Assembly (NCBI GenBank): GCA_030704615.1
Contig: CM060733.1
Location: 58,590,001 to 58,654,000, forward strand
Direction: 5' to 3'
DNA from: Takakia lepidozioides
Taxonomy: Eukaryota; Plantae; Bryophyta
Length of the DNA stretch: 64,000 nucleotides
Below, piece after piece: positions 24,065-36,991 of the stretch. Numbering within the stretch: the stretch's first letter is position 1; each line of letters starts with the position of its first letter. The position numbers were made by a program, and so were the translations under genes. A model generated the notes under the pieces. The model was not told the DNA's origin, made no database searches, and saw only the letters and a program-made list of their open reading frames with translations.

Positions 24065-25973
24065 GAGAGAGAAGATATACATGTCATGTCAAGACATGGA
24101 CAAGACCACTAAAGTCATTGTCATTGAAAGACAAAGCAACCCTTTACAGGGCATCATCTAACAACCCCTTTTACCAACTCATTTGAACATCTTATAACTT
24201 TTCAGGGTATCTGAAAAAACAGGGTGGGAGGGCGGGATTCCTGGTCATTCATATCCTGAAAGCCCCATAAGTTGACATAAAGCATTCATTTTTTGTTGTT
24301 GACATGGGTCAAGCCTTACATAATCTAGTTCTTGAGCCATTCATCTTCCTAAAACAACATCCTGTGTAGGCGTGAAACTGATCTGTCAGTGCCAAGACAC
24401 ATGCAAGATTCATAAAGTAGAAGCGGGGCTAAGTTTTTATCAAGTATATGTAAGCCTGGATAATCATTCCAGGACTTCAAGATCAAAACTCTGCCATAGT
24501 ATAAGGTAGGAAGCGCACAGCATCTACCAGCAAGCAGTTCTTGAAAACCAAAATACTGATGGGGTCAGGTCTGAAGGTGCTTCAGTGCCAAGTCATAAGC
24601 CAGATTTCTAACAAAACAAAACATAGGGCTGAGTACCCTTAAGTAGATATGGGCCTGAAGTGGTATTCCAGGGCCTCATAACAAGCTCTGCTAGTTAAAG
24701 AAATGAACTCAGAAACCATTGTCCCCTATCATGCAATGAAATAGTGGTGATATAAGAGCCTTGAAGAATGTTTGTTATCACAAGGTCTATCTTCTGATCC
24801 ATCAGAGCCAGGCCATGGTGTTTCATTTCAGAGCTTAGTTTCCATGCTGCCAGAGCTATAGTCGCAGCCATGTACCTTTGTTAAAAACATCCAGAGCTTT
24901 CAACAGAGATTTTGTTTTCTATGAAGTCCCTTGTGTGTCTTAACTCCAAAATGTATAAAAGTGGTTATCAAGAACCAAAAACAGGGATAAGGAGTAAGAA
25001 GGTGATCCTCATTAGAGCAGACTTGAAGCCGATTTGAGGCAGCAAGATGGCAGATTTGAAACAACAGTTGGTATCAGCAGCTTCAGGCGGTAACAGCAAT
25101 CCCTTATGCATGAATCAGACTCTGCAAGCTTCAATAATTCAAGACAAGTGAAGACCCTCACCTGTGCCCGTCCAAAAACCACCACATAGAGATGTGTGTT
25201 AGTGAGGATGCATCAGGTGAGTGGCAGGTTTTCACAGTTGCTATCCATGTCAGTGTTGAATTCCAAAGCATGTACAAATCGTAATCCAAGCAAGGGTACA
25301 CTCAAAAGAAACCTTGAGCGTTTGCGGTATGCCCTGCGCCATGGCGTCCAGTAGATGTCTCCAGCAGAACGCAATCAAAGTAGATAGAGATCAGCTCATA
25401 CAGAAAGAGAGCAACATGTAATCTGTGGCTAAGTAGGGGTGGAGTACTTCCCAACGAGGAGTAAGAGCGCCGCTGCGAATTTAACAGAATCATAAATTTC
25501 TGAGCAGAGCGATCACTGCAATGTCGACTGCCAGAGAAGAATCTGTCTATCTGCCATTGCGCATCCCAAAAGCCAGCCATCACGAGTACCATGTAGCCGC
25601 AAGGGAGCAGGTTTACACGGCGCATCATCAAGGATCATAGAAGCACGAGTTCAGTGCTGTGAAATATGTCGGCCCGTTTAGGGCACATCTTCCCGATTTT
25701 TCATCCAGGGTGGATGAAAAATCACATTTTTAAGAGATGCACTTTGTTAATGGATGATATCCCATAAAAAGGTATCTTAGGGTTACGGTATAGGCTTAGG
25801 TTTAGTAACTGCCATCATTAATGATGGTACAGATTACTACCTCTTGGATTTTTAGAATAGGTCACCAGTATTCATGTATTTCATCCAGTTTAGATGAAAG
25901 AAGCAAATAGTAAATATCAGGGCCAAATGAAATCCAAAAAGTTATAGAGGGAGAGGGAGAGAGGGAGAGAGAG
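24065..25973 (-). repeat. 5' terminal direct repeat (pseudo-LTR)
   Basis: Near-identical to 17924-19832; followed by extra AGAGAG. Confidence 0.95.
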
Positions 25974-27607
25974 AGAGAGCCACTTCACCTTAAGGCTACT
26001 ACCCCCTTTGGAGGGTGGGCCCTAAAACAGTTGCACGCACTCTTACACGCCATATCACTTGTCACACACTCTAAATTAGAAGTACAATTTTATATGTGGT
26101 TTTCGTTTCCTAGGTTGAATATATTTGGTACCAGGGTTTAGTGTGCTGTAAGTGTATGCATGTTTGTAATTTTGGCCAAACTCGGTCGAAGGTTGCCCTA
26201 ACACACGTCACTCCTAGAGACCACCCGCCATGCCTGCTTACCCCAATCTAACCATGAACCATCCCCTATTTAATAGGTCTTACTTTCCTCCCTTTTTCCC
26301 CCCAACTTACATGATAGTTATTAATTGAACTCCTGCTGTAGCTTACTATAACTCCCGCTTCATAATTCCTGGACCACTCTCTAATCCCCACACCCACTTT
26401 CAAACCTGGCCCCCTTATTGATAAAGCCCTAGTATAATATAAAAATTAATTACCATTATAGAGGTAATTTAGAGAATCTGAACCTCACAAACCATTAACA
26501 TAGCTATCCCATGGGCTTAAGGGGGGGGGGGATGGTAGCAAACACCCATGATGGCAGCATACCATGGGCGCCTGGCACACGTCAATGAGTGAGGCATCCA
26601 ATTTTTTTGAATTTTCTCTCCAATTGTGACTATTAAATAAATAAATAAATAACAAATTGTGATGTCTTGGGTGCAAAAGTTGAAGGTGAAAAAAAAAAGA
26701 GAAAAAAGTTGAACTTGCCAACTTCACTTCACTTCACTTCAACTTGTCAAGTTAATCTTACATTTTGCCTTCTCACCAACCACACCGTCCACGACATACG
26801 TACATACGGCAGACATGAACATCACGAGATCGCTGCTTTCAGCATATGACCCTCCCACATCATCACTTTTTACTTCCCTTTTGGATGCGTTGCTTTCCAA
26901 GGAGCCACACTTGTGGGCCCACAAACCGCCAAACATGTGAATGACTAGTTTTTTAGTCACAATTTTGAGTTGGCTGTTGCTCCCAACGCACGAATGCATG
27001 GACCACATGACCCACATTCCGGGGAGCAGATTTAGGGAGGCACACCACTGTGTCTGCGTCACCAATCTGGCATGGCTCCCTCTACCAATAATGTAAACCC
27101 GGCCCAAAAAAGCTTTGTTTTTATTGGATTCGTCTTGTAGAAGATCTAGTGCGTGCCACAAGGGTCATGTGAGCTTGTATTGTCCATTGAAAACGTGTAC
27201 AAAATGTCTGGATGTTGTTGAAGCATAGAGTGAGAATCGAGATCAATCATCAGAAATCTGCAACCGAAGTGGTACTTACTGTATGGAGGCAGTAACAATT
27301 TGGGTGTGAGGTGGGTGAATGCCTGCATGATTGTCCATAAGTATTGCCGGCAACTTTTCGTCCATGGATTCTGTGTCTCGGGGGCCCACCTCGCAAGCGG
27401 TGTGATGACTCGCACGGAAAGGAGAAATAGTATATATAAAAAGTGGTCTACAAACCTGGGCACCACACGCACAGGCTGGCAAACTTTATGAGCTTTGTAA
27501 GGACTTGCCAGGGACATCGGCAAGTGGGTGGTATCCGGTGAGAGAGACGAATTTTAGAGATCAGACTTGAACAGGTTGCCTGCAAACAAGCGGAAAGCTG
27601 AGAGGTC

Positions 27608-29576
27608 ATGGCGAAGACGATGCGAGCTGTGCAATATTCGAAGTATGGCGGAGGGCCTGCAGGTCTTGAGGCACGCATCTCTCTTTCTCATCGACCGGCT
27701 TGCGCTAACCCCATTTGTTTTTTGCGGTGCAAGTTGGGTCGTATGCCTCTAGCGTGTAAGAAATCAAGGATATGGCTATTGTTAGTCAAACGGCAGTCCA
27801 TACTTCGCATCTGGAATTTTGTATCTGACTTGAGATGCTGCTGCGGGATCGTTCTTTGACTGTGGCTGCAGTATGTGGACATACCAGTGCCGACTCCGAA
27901 AAAGGGGGAGATGTTGGTTAGGGTAGAGGCTACGAGTGTCAATCCGGTTGACTGGAGAATTCAGCAAGGCCTGCTCTTGAAGCACATTCTGCCTCGCAAG
28001 TTTCCTACTATCCCAGGTAATTTGTCACACACTCTGTAGTTCAGCTTTGCTTCCAAATTTTGTTGTTATGAGGGAATGTGTTCCTGTCTCTATTTAAGTA
28101 ATCAGTGCTTCATGCCCAGATGTTTCTTACATATTTCACACAACTGCCAGGCACGGATGTTGCGGGCGAGGTGGTTGCATTGGGCCCTGAAGTGGAAGGA
28201 TTCAGCCCTGGTGACAAAATCATTTCCAACTTGGCCGTCGCGGTAAGCCTCTCTCTTTGTACATCTTTGTATGGATACGAATGCGTCTCAGAATCAGATC
28301 GATCATTCAAAACAATTTTCTTAGCACTTGTACCTAGATCCCGTGATTTCCTTGAAGGAAAGCTCTAAGCTGCCTCGACAACACGAAGGTTGTCATCCCA
28401 CGGGCCAAGCGACTGTGGAGGTCTTTCTGTGGTTGACAAGGTAAGGAAAAGCTTTCAATGCACATTGTACAAACGTATTAAGAGTTCTGGTTTGGGTTTT
28501 GAGATGTCTATACCGCTGCTCTGGAAGTGACCACCGTAGGTACTAGCAGTTTAGTGGAAAATGGTTGACCAGTCGCCCTAGCTCACAACTGGTTTGCTCA
28601 CGTGACTCGTTTGCTGGTACAAAATGCTGCAAACCTTTTCACCATGTGTAGTTTCTATGAGAGTTTTTGACCTGGGGGATGCAAGCAGACGCAAGGAGCG
28701 CTAGCCGAATACACGATTGTGCCCGCCGACTTGACAGTGAAACGTCCACCGAATTTGTCAGCAGTGGATGGTGCTTCCCTGCCTGTTACTGGTTTGACAG
28801 CGTTGCAAAGCATTAAACTCGTAGGCATCAAATTGGATGGAAGCTCACATCTCAATGTGCTTGTAACAGCAGCATCTGGTGGTGTTGGAATACTTTTAGT
28901 CCAGGTTGGACCTCTCTCTCTCTCTCTTTCTTTCACGCACACAACCCCTTCCACGCCACCTTCCCTCCATTCCTAGCTGTTTCGAGTGAGTGGTAATGCA
29001 CGAAAGAATTATGAGTAGGTGCCCACTTGAGTATCGCCTTCATTTCACTGTGAAATGCGCACAGGCCTCATTGCCTCGATGTCGTGGGAGTCTATTGTGC
29101 AGATTGCCAAACTAGGAGGTTGCTTTGTGACCGCCACATGCGGAGCCCGCAACATTGAGCTGGTTAAGGGCCTGGGAGCTGATGAAGTGCTGGATTACAA
29201 CACCCCTGAAGGTGCCCAGTATAAGAGTCCTTCGGGAAAGAAATACGACGTGGTCTTTCACCTGGCAACATATCAAACCCTGGCTGCCTTCCAGCCCCAA
29301 CTTTCTTCCCATGCAACAGTGATTGACATGACGCCAACATTTAGGACCTTCATAGAAAACTACTACCACAGGATCACATTTAAAACCCAAAAGTTTCTAC
29401 CGTTTATAATGTCACCTGCCCTTGCAGATCTGCAGGTAATTGTAGAGCTTGCTGGAGAAGGGAAGCTGAGAATTGTTGTGGACTCCACATATCCGTTAGC
29501 GAAGGCAGGAGATGCTTGGGAACGCAACATTGGAAGGCACGCAACTGGGAAGGTTGTGATTATCTGCACTGAGTAG
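27608..29576 (+). CDS. ceQORH: NADPH:quinone/alkenal oxidoreductase, MDR family (chloroplast envelope quinone oxidoreductase homolog), 5 exons
   Basis: Exons 27608-27670, 27872-28016, 28151-28242, 28689-28904 and 29103-29576 join in frame: QYSKYGGG, SVNPVDW, TDVAGEVV, LPVTGLTALQ, TAASGGVG, TATCGARNIELVKGLGADEVLDY.TPEG..KSPSGKKYD, HATGK. Confidence 0.93.
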
Positions 29577-30013
29577 GGAGGCAGAAACACACTTGATTAT
29601 TATGATGACAGTTGTAGCTTGGCACATGGAACTGGATCAACTAAAGCTACTTCTGGAAGTCATCTGAAACTTGGAGTTGTTGAGGAGAAAAGAGAGTCGA
29701 GAAACTGGACTGTAACGCCTCCATAGAAACTCGGATTCGTAAAACATGTTTTTCTTGTCCGAGCCAGTGTATATAGACTACAGTAGTCAAACCACTGATT
29801 TAGACAACCTCCTTTCCACAGCTGAATGCAAAGAATAACAAAGCTATCTAGAATGGTTGGACAGTCAACTACACTAAATCAACTTGGAAAAAGGAAGTCC
29901 TTAGTTCACTCTATGATGTCTACAATCCCCTCGTTTCTACAAACTCTCCTCCCTTTGATATGCCTATGAGCGTTGGGTCAAGGCGACACATCGAAGCCCA
30001 CAAAAGTCGCTAC

Positions 30014-30788
30014 CAGTGTTGGGCGGTTCTTGCATTTGTGAAGGAACCCTCGGTTCCAGTTCCACAATTTTTTCAAGAGACGGATCCGGTTTCGGTTTTT
30101 TTTTATTGAGCCGGTTCCGGATTCAACTTTTAAACATGGGGGCGGTTGCGGTTAGGTTTCAGTTCTATTTTTAAAATATATTTGTTTAATTTAATTAGAT
30201 TTAAAATGTCTTATCAGTCCGGTTAAATAGCGGTGTATTCACATATTTGAACTAAAATCCAACGATTTTGTTAGTTTTCACTAACACAAAAAAACAAACA
30301 AAAATACTCTAAATAAACTGGTAGAAGAAAATGGATAAAATTTTATGGGTTGAAATTACTATTCAGCTACCTGGCAAGTATTGGCATCTTCAAACATTTT
30401 ATTAATGAACTTAGCCAGGATATCATGGAGCTGGAGATTGAACCCAAGCTCTCATGGTGTTGAAGCATTGAACATAGAATCTCATGGCCTTCAAGCATTG
30501 AACCCAGGATCTCAGGAGCTTGAGAGCATTAAAGAAGTTTTGCCATGGGCCCACCAGCTCTCCCGTGTTATGCCAAGTCCCACCAAGGGTTCAAAAACCG
30601 GAACGTGTTTTTATCCCCGCCCCATGTCTCCGGTTCTCACACCCAGGAACCGCCGGTTCGGTTCTGTGCCAATCCCCATTGGTAAGTTCCGGTTCCGGGT
30701 CAGGTTCGCAGGAATGGGCCCGGTTCCGGTTAACCTGAACCTGAACCGACGGTTAACCTGGGTCCCGGCGGGTAACCGCCCAACACTG
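30014..30788. mobile_element. Non-autonomous hAT element (775 bp)
   Basis: Perfect 15-bp TIRs CAGTGTTGGGCGGTT / AACCGCCCAACACTG; 8-bp TSD GTCGCTAC at 30006-30013 and 30789-30796; many GGTTCC/AACCG subterminal motifs. Confidence 0.95.
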
Positions 30789-31849
30789 GTCGCTACATGT
30801 GTGTTGTTCAACTCTTGCTCTAAGGGCTGGATTCTCCTTTCCTCATTAGGGCATGCTAAATCTGTGGGAACGCAGTTTTTCGCAAGGAAAATGGATCAAC
30901 CCTCAAAGGACGCGTGATTCTCTCGGTCATCACTAGCTTCACCTTCAGGACACTATTGCCACTATTGCACCCTTCTCTTTAATGGTGTGCAACATTTGTC
31001 AGAATGTAAGAGTAGTCGAGATTTTGTAGATCAATATAGAGCATGGCAAATTATGTTAGAGCCTTCATGTTTCTCCAGACCTAGCATTTTGCTTGAAGCT
31101 CACAATGAACTTGCATTTCCAAGAGGTTACTTGATACCCATTGAAAACAAAAGATAACATTGTATAGTTTTACTGTCTCATTGTAAAATACTAAATGATG
31201 TAAATATATGATGCGGAGTCGCAGACATTATAGCATTTGTGACATTGTCACATCTAATTGAACAAATATTGTCTCATTAAGTTTCTATTATATTTACCCA
31301 ATAGATTGTAAGTGATTGTACCAACAATCCATTGGGAAATCCCCCATAGGTGCTATTATGATAGAAGAGAATTCACCCATTTTTCTTTTATGAGAAGCCT
31401 TCATCATATAAGACTCTGTGTATTTATAAAAACAAAGAAAAAATAACCTTGTGAGAATAAGCGTCACGAAGTCGAATAAATGGGACACAATACGATGATT
31501 GTTCACAATCAGTCAGAAAAACTAGTAAAGCAAGAGTGAAGATTTAGAGCATAAGGCCACAAAAGAATCCTATGAGAGGAGATTTAGAAGCGCTCTCTCT
31601 TCTTTTTAGAAGGCTCGAAAGAAAGCTAAGCCCAAGATTTGCCCTTTCTAAAACTACGTCTATGCCTCCAATTAACCTTAGGCTCTTCACCCTCTTATGG
31701 TGAACATCTTGCACTAATGGAGCTCCAAGCTATTCGGGAGGGAGTCGTTCTAGGTAATTGAATATTTAGATTGTCTTAAGCAGATGCAACCTCATTTTCC
31801 ACAGGTAGTATCAAAGGCAAGAAGCAGTTGTTGTCGTCTGTCTAGAGAG

Positions 31850-32950
31850 CCTCTTTGAAGAGCTGCAAACAACACCCACCAAGCCTTCATGGCCTCAGAC
31901 AATGAGTCTGAGTGAACCCTACCTTCAAACAAAGATCAAATCCCCCAAAAGTGGAGGAACATTTTGCCTTCCATATGTTCCATAAAACATAATATGCACG
32001 AAGAGTTGCCCAGATGGGACAATGGTTTCAAACAGACCCAAAGTAAAAAATGAGCACAATCACCAAGGATCATAAAGCAAATCAGATCTCCAAGCGGAGT
32101 AACAAACAAAAGCAAAATGCCAGACCCTGCTAGCAAAAGAACATGAGACAAATAATGCTTATAAATACAATAAGGCAGGAATTGATGACAACAAGCACAA
32201 GGGAACTGCCTGTTGTCAATGAACTCTAAATCGCCCAAAGAAAGAATCCGATTAATAAGTTTCTAGAGAAAGCCACTAATTTTTGAGGTCCGATCTCTCC
32301 TCCATACATCCTTACATATGCCATTCCAGAGAGGGAGCTCCAGGCAGATGTACTCTCCGTTCTCTGGACCATTTGCGTTCATGATAGAAGTAGGCCTGAG
32401 CAAAGAGTACCCCAGTTTGACATAATAGGGATAAAATGGACATGTTTTTTACCATCCATATCCATTCCCCCGAGTCAAACTGCAATTGAGAGGCAGAAAG
32501 GAACCAGCATAGTCTTCCATTCTAATGAAGAACGTCCAGCGGAGGAGCAAAGTTAAATATGTCACTAGTGAGAAGACAGAAAATCCCGATTGCGAAAAGT
32601 TCGCTCTCCCGATGCCGACATGAAGGGGAGCGAAAAGAGAACCATAAAAGTTGACCTTGAAAGACCAGCCCTCAAGAAAATCCGAATAACGAGAAGTGGA
32701 GTAAAAGGCATAAAAGAAGAGTTCAACTTAATACCCAACCAAGCAGGTAGCAACCGAATGTTTTCAGGATTAAATGAAGAGAGAGAGATCCATGGGGTTG
32801 GAAGATTTCCAGCAATTAAGTCCAACCCAACTGCTGCCCTCCGACGACGTGAGAGCCCAACCGTAGCCAAGTCCATGGATAGGAGGGAACAACATCCCAC
32901 ACCGCCCATCTTTTTGTACAAAGAACAAGAGCCTCTTTATCTCTATTAAA
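31850..32950 (-). mobile_element. Highly degenerate LINE-like remnant
   Basis: Fragmented frames only weakly resembling L1 ORF2; no intact motif. Confidence 0.25.
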
Positions 32951-32985
32951 GTTTCCAAAAAGAGGCTACCTCAAAACTTCTTCCT

Positions 32986-34492
32986 TTGAGGCAGGAGAAA
33001 GTTGAGAAGAAAATGACGAATCTTAAGCTAAGCAGCCTTCGGTCCTTTGATCCCCTCGCCGGCTCTCATGGTGGACAGAATGTTGGGCAATGGCTGGACA
33101 ACGTTCTACACGTAGATGATTCACATCGCAGTGAGAGCCCAAGAGACGAGCTATTCCAAATATCATACCAAACGTGTAAATTACTGAAATCAAGAGTTTC
33201 CTGTTCTTGGAGGCTGGTCAAGGAACAAGTGTTGATGGTGGCAGCCATAGAGGTAAAACTTACGACGAAATTGCAGAGAAAATCTTTGAAGGTGTTGAAG
33301 AAATGCGGTCCTAACTATCAGGCTTTGGAGGAATTGCAGGTGTAGCTAAGCCCCTTCGTTGTGTGTCGGGTGTTGAAGGAAAAAATGAGTGCCGATATTG
33401 CTTGGAAGTTTTTCAATTGGGCAAAAACTCAGAAATGCTATCACCACAATGTCTACACCTACACCGCACTTTAAAGCCATAGAGACAGTGTTGGCAGCAA
33501 TGCGGAAATGGGGATGCGGAATGAGCATCATTACATTCACATCTCTTATGCATTGGTATCGAAGGGCCAAGAATCTGGAGGGAGTCCGGCGGGTGTGGCA
33601 ACAAATGCGGAGCAAGACTGCCCACCCAATGAATTTACTTACACCACTTTGATTAACACACTCATCAGGAGAGAATGTCACCAGGAAGCCATGGATGTGT
33701 ACAGGGAAATGCTAGATTCCGGCTGCCGACCCAACATATCTCATTCAACTACCAGGGTCCTTTTTTCTTTTGTTTCTATGTCCACACAATAAATACTTTT
33801 TAATTTTCATATTCTTAAGAAGATTGCAGGTCACATCCAGTTTCTCGGCCTCCACAAGACTATGCCATCAACAAAGTGTAGGTGTAGATATTGGGGCAGC
33901 TTGGATGCCGACCAAACTGGGTCACGGATGCTTTGCTCATAAAGGCCCATGCCAATGCAAGTGACCTGGAGAAGGCAATGTTTCTCCACAAGAGCACATG
34001 AGTGAGCTCGGGTTGACGCCCTCGCCGGAGGCAAGGGTGGCACTGACAATAGCTTTAAGGGAAGCAAGACGAAGAACAAAGGCTGATGAACTTACACTTC
34101 TCCACAAAACAAAGTCTAAAAAAATCAGAAGGACTTGAAGGTACTTCCCACCCGCTTGCCTCAACCATAGGAGCTTGCGAGATGCTGGGAATCCGATATG
34201 GACAAAACTCTTGAAAGCTTGAAGCCGAAAGTCAAACCTCCCTATGTGTTGAATGTGTTGACACTATTGAGTAGGGAGGTGGATGTGGCATGGTGGTTTT
34301 TTGAGTGGTTGACAGCTCACTTTGGACAAACAAAATACACCTATACTAAAATGATGGACATAATTGGGAAGGCCGGCAATACTAAACTAATTCAAAAGGT
34401 GCTGGGAGAAGTGGAGAGAGATGGATAGGTCAATACGGTCATTTAACACCCTCATAAAGTGCTACAGCAAGGCCAAACATGTCTCCAGGTTG

Positions 34493-34532
<40 letters not shown>

Positions 34533-35081
34533 GCCCTCTTTACAGCTTCTTGTTGCCTCCTCTTTGCTCCTTCTCCTCTGTGCCTGTGTTGTGTTTTACT
34601 CTGTTTGAAAATGTCAATGAACAGGAGTACTGTCAGACTTCAGCAATAAAACATATAGTCAGGTCTTAGTGTGTTTTTGTTATAGGTCTTTGGTCAGATG
34701 CAAGAGCTAGGGCATGAACCCAATGAAATCACTTATACCATGCACATTGACCTGCTATCAAGAACAAGAAACCACCACCAGGCTATGCAGATGTATGGGA
34801 AAATGCGGCAGGCCAACTGCAAACCTACCAAGCACACATACACTGTTCTAATTCATAGTCTAGCAAGGGCTGGAAAAGTAAATGCTGCACAAATACTATT
34901 TGGAAAAATGCCCTCCCTGGAATGCCCACCAAGTGTAATCACTTACACCATACTAATGCAAGCATTTGCCGAGGCAGGAGATGTAGACAAGGCGGTACAA
35001 CTTTATGAAAGGATGCGAGAGGAGGGTGTCAAGCCCTCCCGAGTCATCCTCAAAAGTGCTGGCCAAATGGCTTCATTGTGA
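32986..35081 (+). pseudogene. P-class pentatricopeptide repeat (PPR) gene, apparently disrupted
   Basis: AWKFFNWAKTQKCYHHNVYTYTAL, PNEFTYTTLINTL, AWWFFEWL..YTYTKMMDIIGKAG, PNEITYT, PTKHTYTVLIHSLARAG, PSVITYTILMQAFAEAG. In-frame TAG at 33343-33345 and frameshifts. Confidence 0.8.
34494..34530 (+). repeat. (CT)n microsatellite in a PPR intron
   Basis: Pure CT run of about 18 units. Confidence 0.9.
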
Positions 35082-36249
35082 AGGCAGGGAGGATGAGGCA
35101 CAATGTCTTCTTAAGATAATGTCGAGCAGATTATGCAAGATTCAGCAGATTACAAGAAAACGCGGGGGCCCATGAGTAAGGCAGAGAGGATGTCCTCTGA
35201 ACAATATCCAAGCAATTCCTCTGATGCCGGGCCAGGCCCAGAAAGTTTTCATAGGACCCCTCGGCACATATGGACACTTGAATACAGACGGCCAAAACAT
35301 CTTACAGATTAGCACATGATTTAAAACAGAAGACGGATTAAACAACCTTCAACAGGTGGAAGGGTGTGTGGTCACAAAGCAATTGCAAGCAGTCTAGCAA
35401 GTACATTCTCTCTTTATCATCCCGCCCATGACGTTTATGTCTTATAAATTCTTCAATCTAGCATGTCTGAATGCATCTACTATTGTTGTATTTTTTGGCG
35501 TAAAAGAATTAACCCATGTTGTTGACTGTTGGATGCAGATTTGGGATGGTCTACTCGGACTGCTCTTTGATGTGAGTCGGCGACACTTCTTGACTATCCT
35601 CTTATATGGGATTCCCCCTGCAGGCAACTTTTGAAGCCTCATGTTCAGCTCTGCCATATTCAAATGGATTACAACCCCCACAAAGTGCATGCTGGGTAGA
35701 AAAGAAGCACGTAACATGTTTAGTAGGGCCATCTCCTGTCGCACTTACGTTTATGTTGATATTGAGGAGTAGCTCGTTAGTGGGTCAAATTCAGGGCTGA
35801 CAGGCCTATTCCTAAAGCTCTCCAAAGTATGACCTCTTGCACTCCTGCACTTTATATTGTCGAAGTGGCTATCACGGGAGATAAAATGGATGGTTGATTG
35901 AGTACATGGTCCCTTGCCAAAAGAAAGAATTGTTTCGTATGCCTAATGAGGTGTATACTTCTTTTCATTTTTATTTTCGAAGAAAATAAGTATGGCTTCT
36001 CCAAAACAAAAGAAGATAGAGAAGGGTTCACGGAGTGAAGAAATTATGTAAAGAAGGGCTATTAAGTAAAAGCTTTGGCCTACGATACATTGTGGAAACA
36101 AGTTCTTGAATGAGCAAGCATATCATGCTCCAAGACATGGTTGGATTCTCATCCTGCAAAAAGAACGAATTGTTCGTATGTCTCAGTTGAGGGTGTATAT
36201 ATATATATTTTTCCAAGTTTTTTAAGAAAATGAGTAAAGCTTTTTCAGG

Positions 36250-36991
36250 ACAAAAGATAGAGGGGTTGGCAGCTTATGGCCTTGGTCATATTCTAGAGGC
36301 ATCTGCTAACATCATAGGCCTAAGAGTCCCTAGATCCCTGACCCCTCCCCACAACATCAAAGCCTTTCTTTACGTTGATGACATAGTCCATGTCATTGCC
36401 TCAAGGTGAACTAGCCTAAATCCGTTGGTATCTTGTCCAAGCTCAAGAGTTCCTCTTTGGCAGCTCAAGAATTCTCCGTGGGGTCAAGACCTTGACCTTC
36501 TTTGGCTTCAGGTTGGCCAATCCTATGTTCTGCTAGGTCATCTTATTGGTCATGATTTAGATGATCAGCAGTGTTAATGCGCTCCCGTTGTTGCTAAATT
36601 GAAAAGAAAACTAGCTTACTGGAGCTCTCTAAGTTTAGCGATCACAGGTCGGGCTCTTGCTATTAATCAGGTTCTTTTGGCCTCCACTTGGTTTGTCGCT
36701 ACTATTTGGTCTCCTGGCTTTGTGGCTTATGAAATCCCTGGTCAGAAATTCCTTTGGGGTGCGACACAAACTTCTCCGAACCGAAGAGCCCTGGATTGTT
36801 GGGAGAAGATTGCTCAAAAGAAGAAGCATGGGGGGCTGGGCATTTTTAGACTCAAGCTCAGATCTATGTGCTTTTGGTCAAGTGGGTTTGTAGGTTCCTC
36901 ACCAGCATCTCATCTCCATGGAGCATGTTGGGTAGGCATCATCTTCTCAGCTCCAATCCCTCCACTTCTTCTCTCTGGTCCCCCTCATTTC
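36250..36991 (+). mobile_element. L1-clade LINE ORF2 remnant
   Basis: FLYVDD near 36365; KLAYWSSLSLAITGRALAINQVLLAS, KFLWG and W.KIAQKKKHGGLGI. Confidence 0.75.

Larger units (their letters stand above)
17924..25973 (-). mobile_element. Penelope-like retroelement with 1.9-kb terminal direct repeats, ORF1 + RT, no visible endonuclease
   Basis: Two 1909-bp direct repeats flank two uninterrupted co-oriented ORFs; the RT carries PLE-type motifs. Confidence 0.85.

Noticed and set aside
17924-25973. Classifying the element as an LTR retrotransposon or DIRS/Ngaro
   Set aside because: No TG..CA termini, PBS, protease, RNase H, integrase or tyrosine recombinase seen; the RT motifs are PLE-type.
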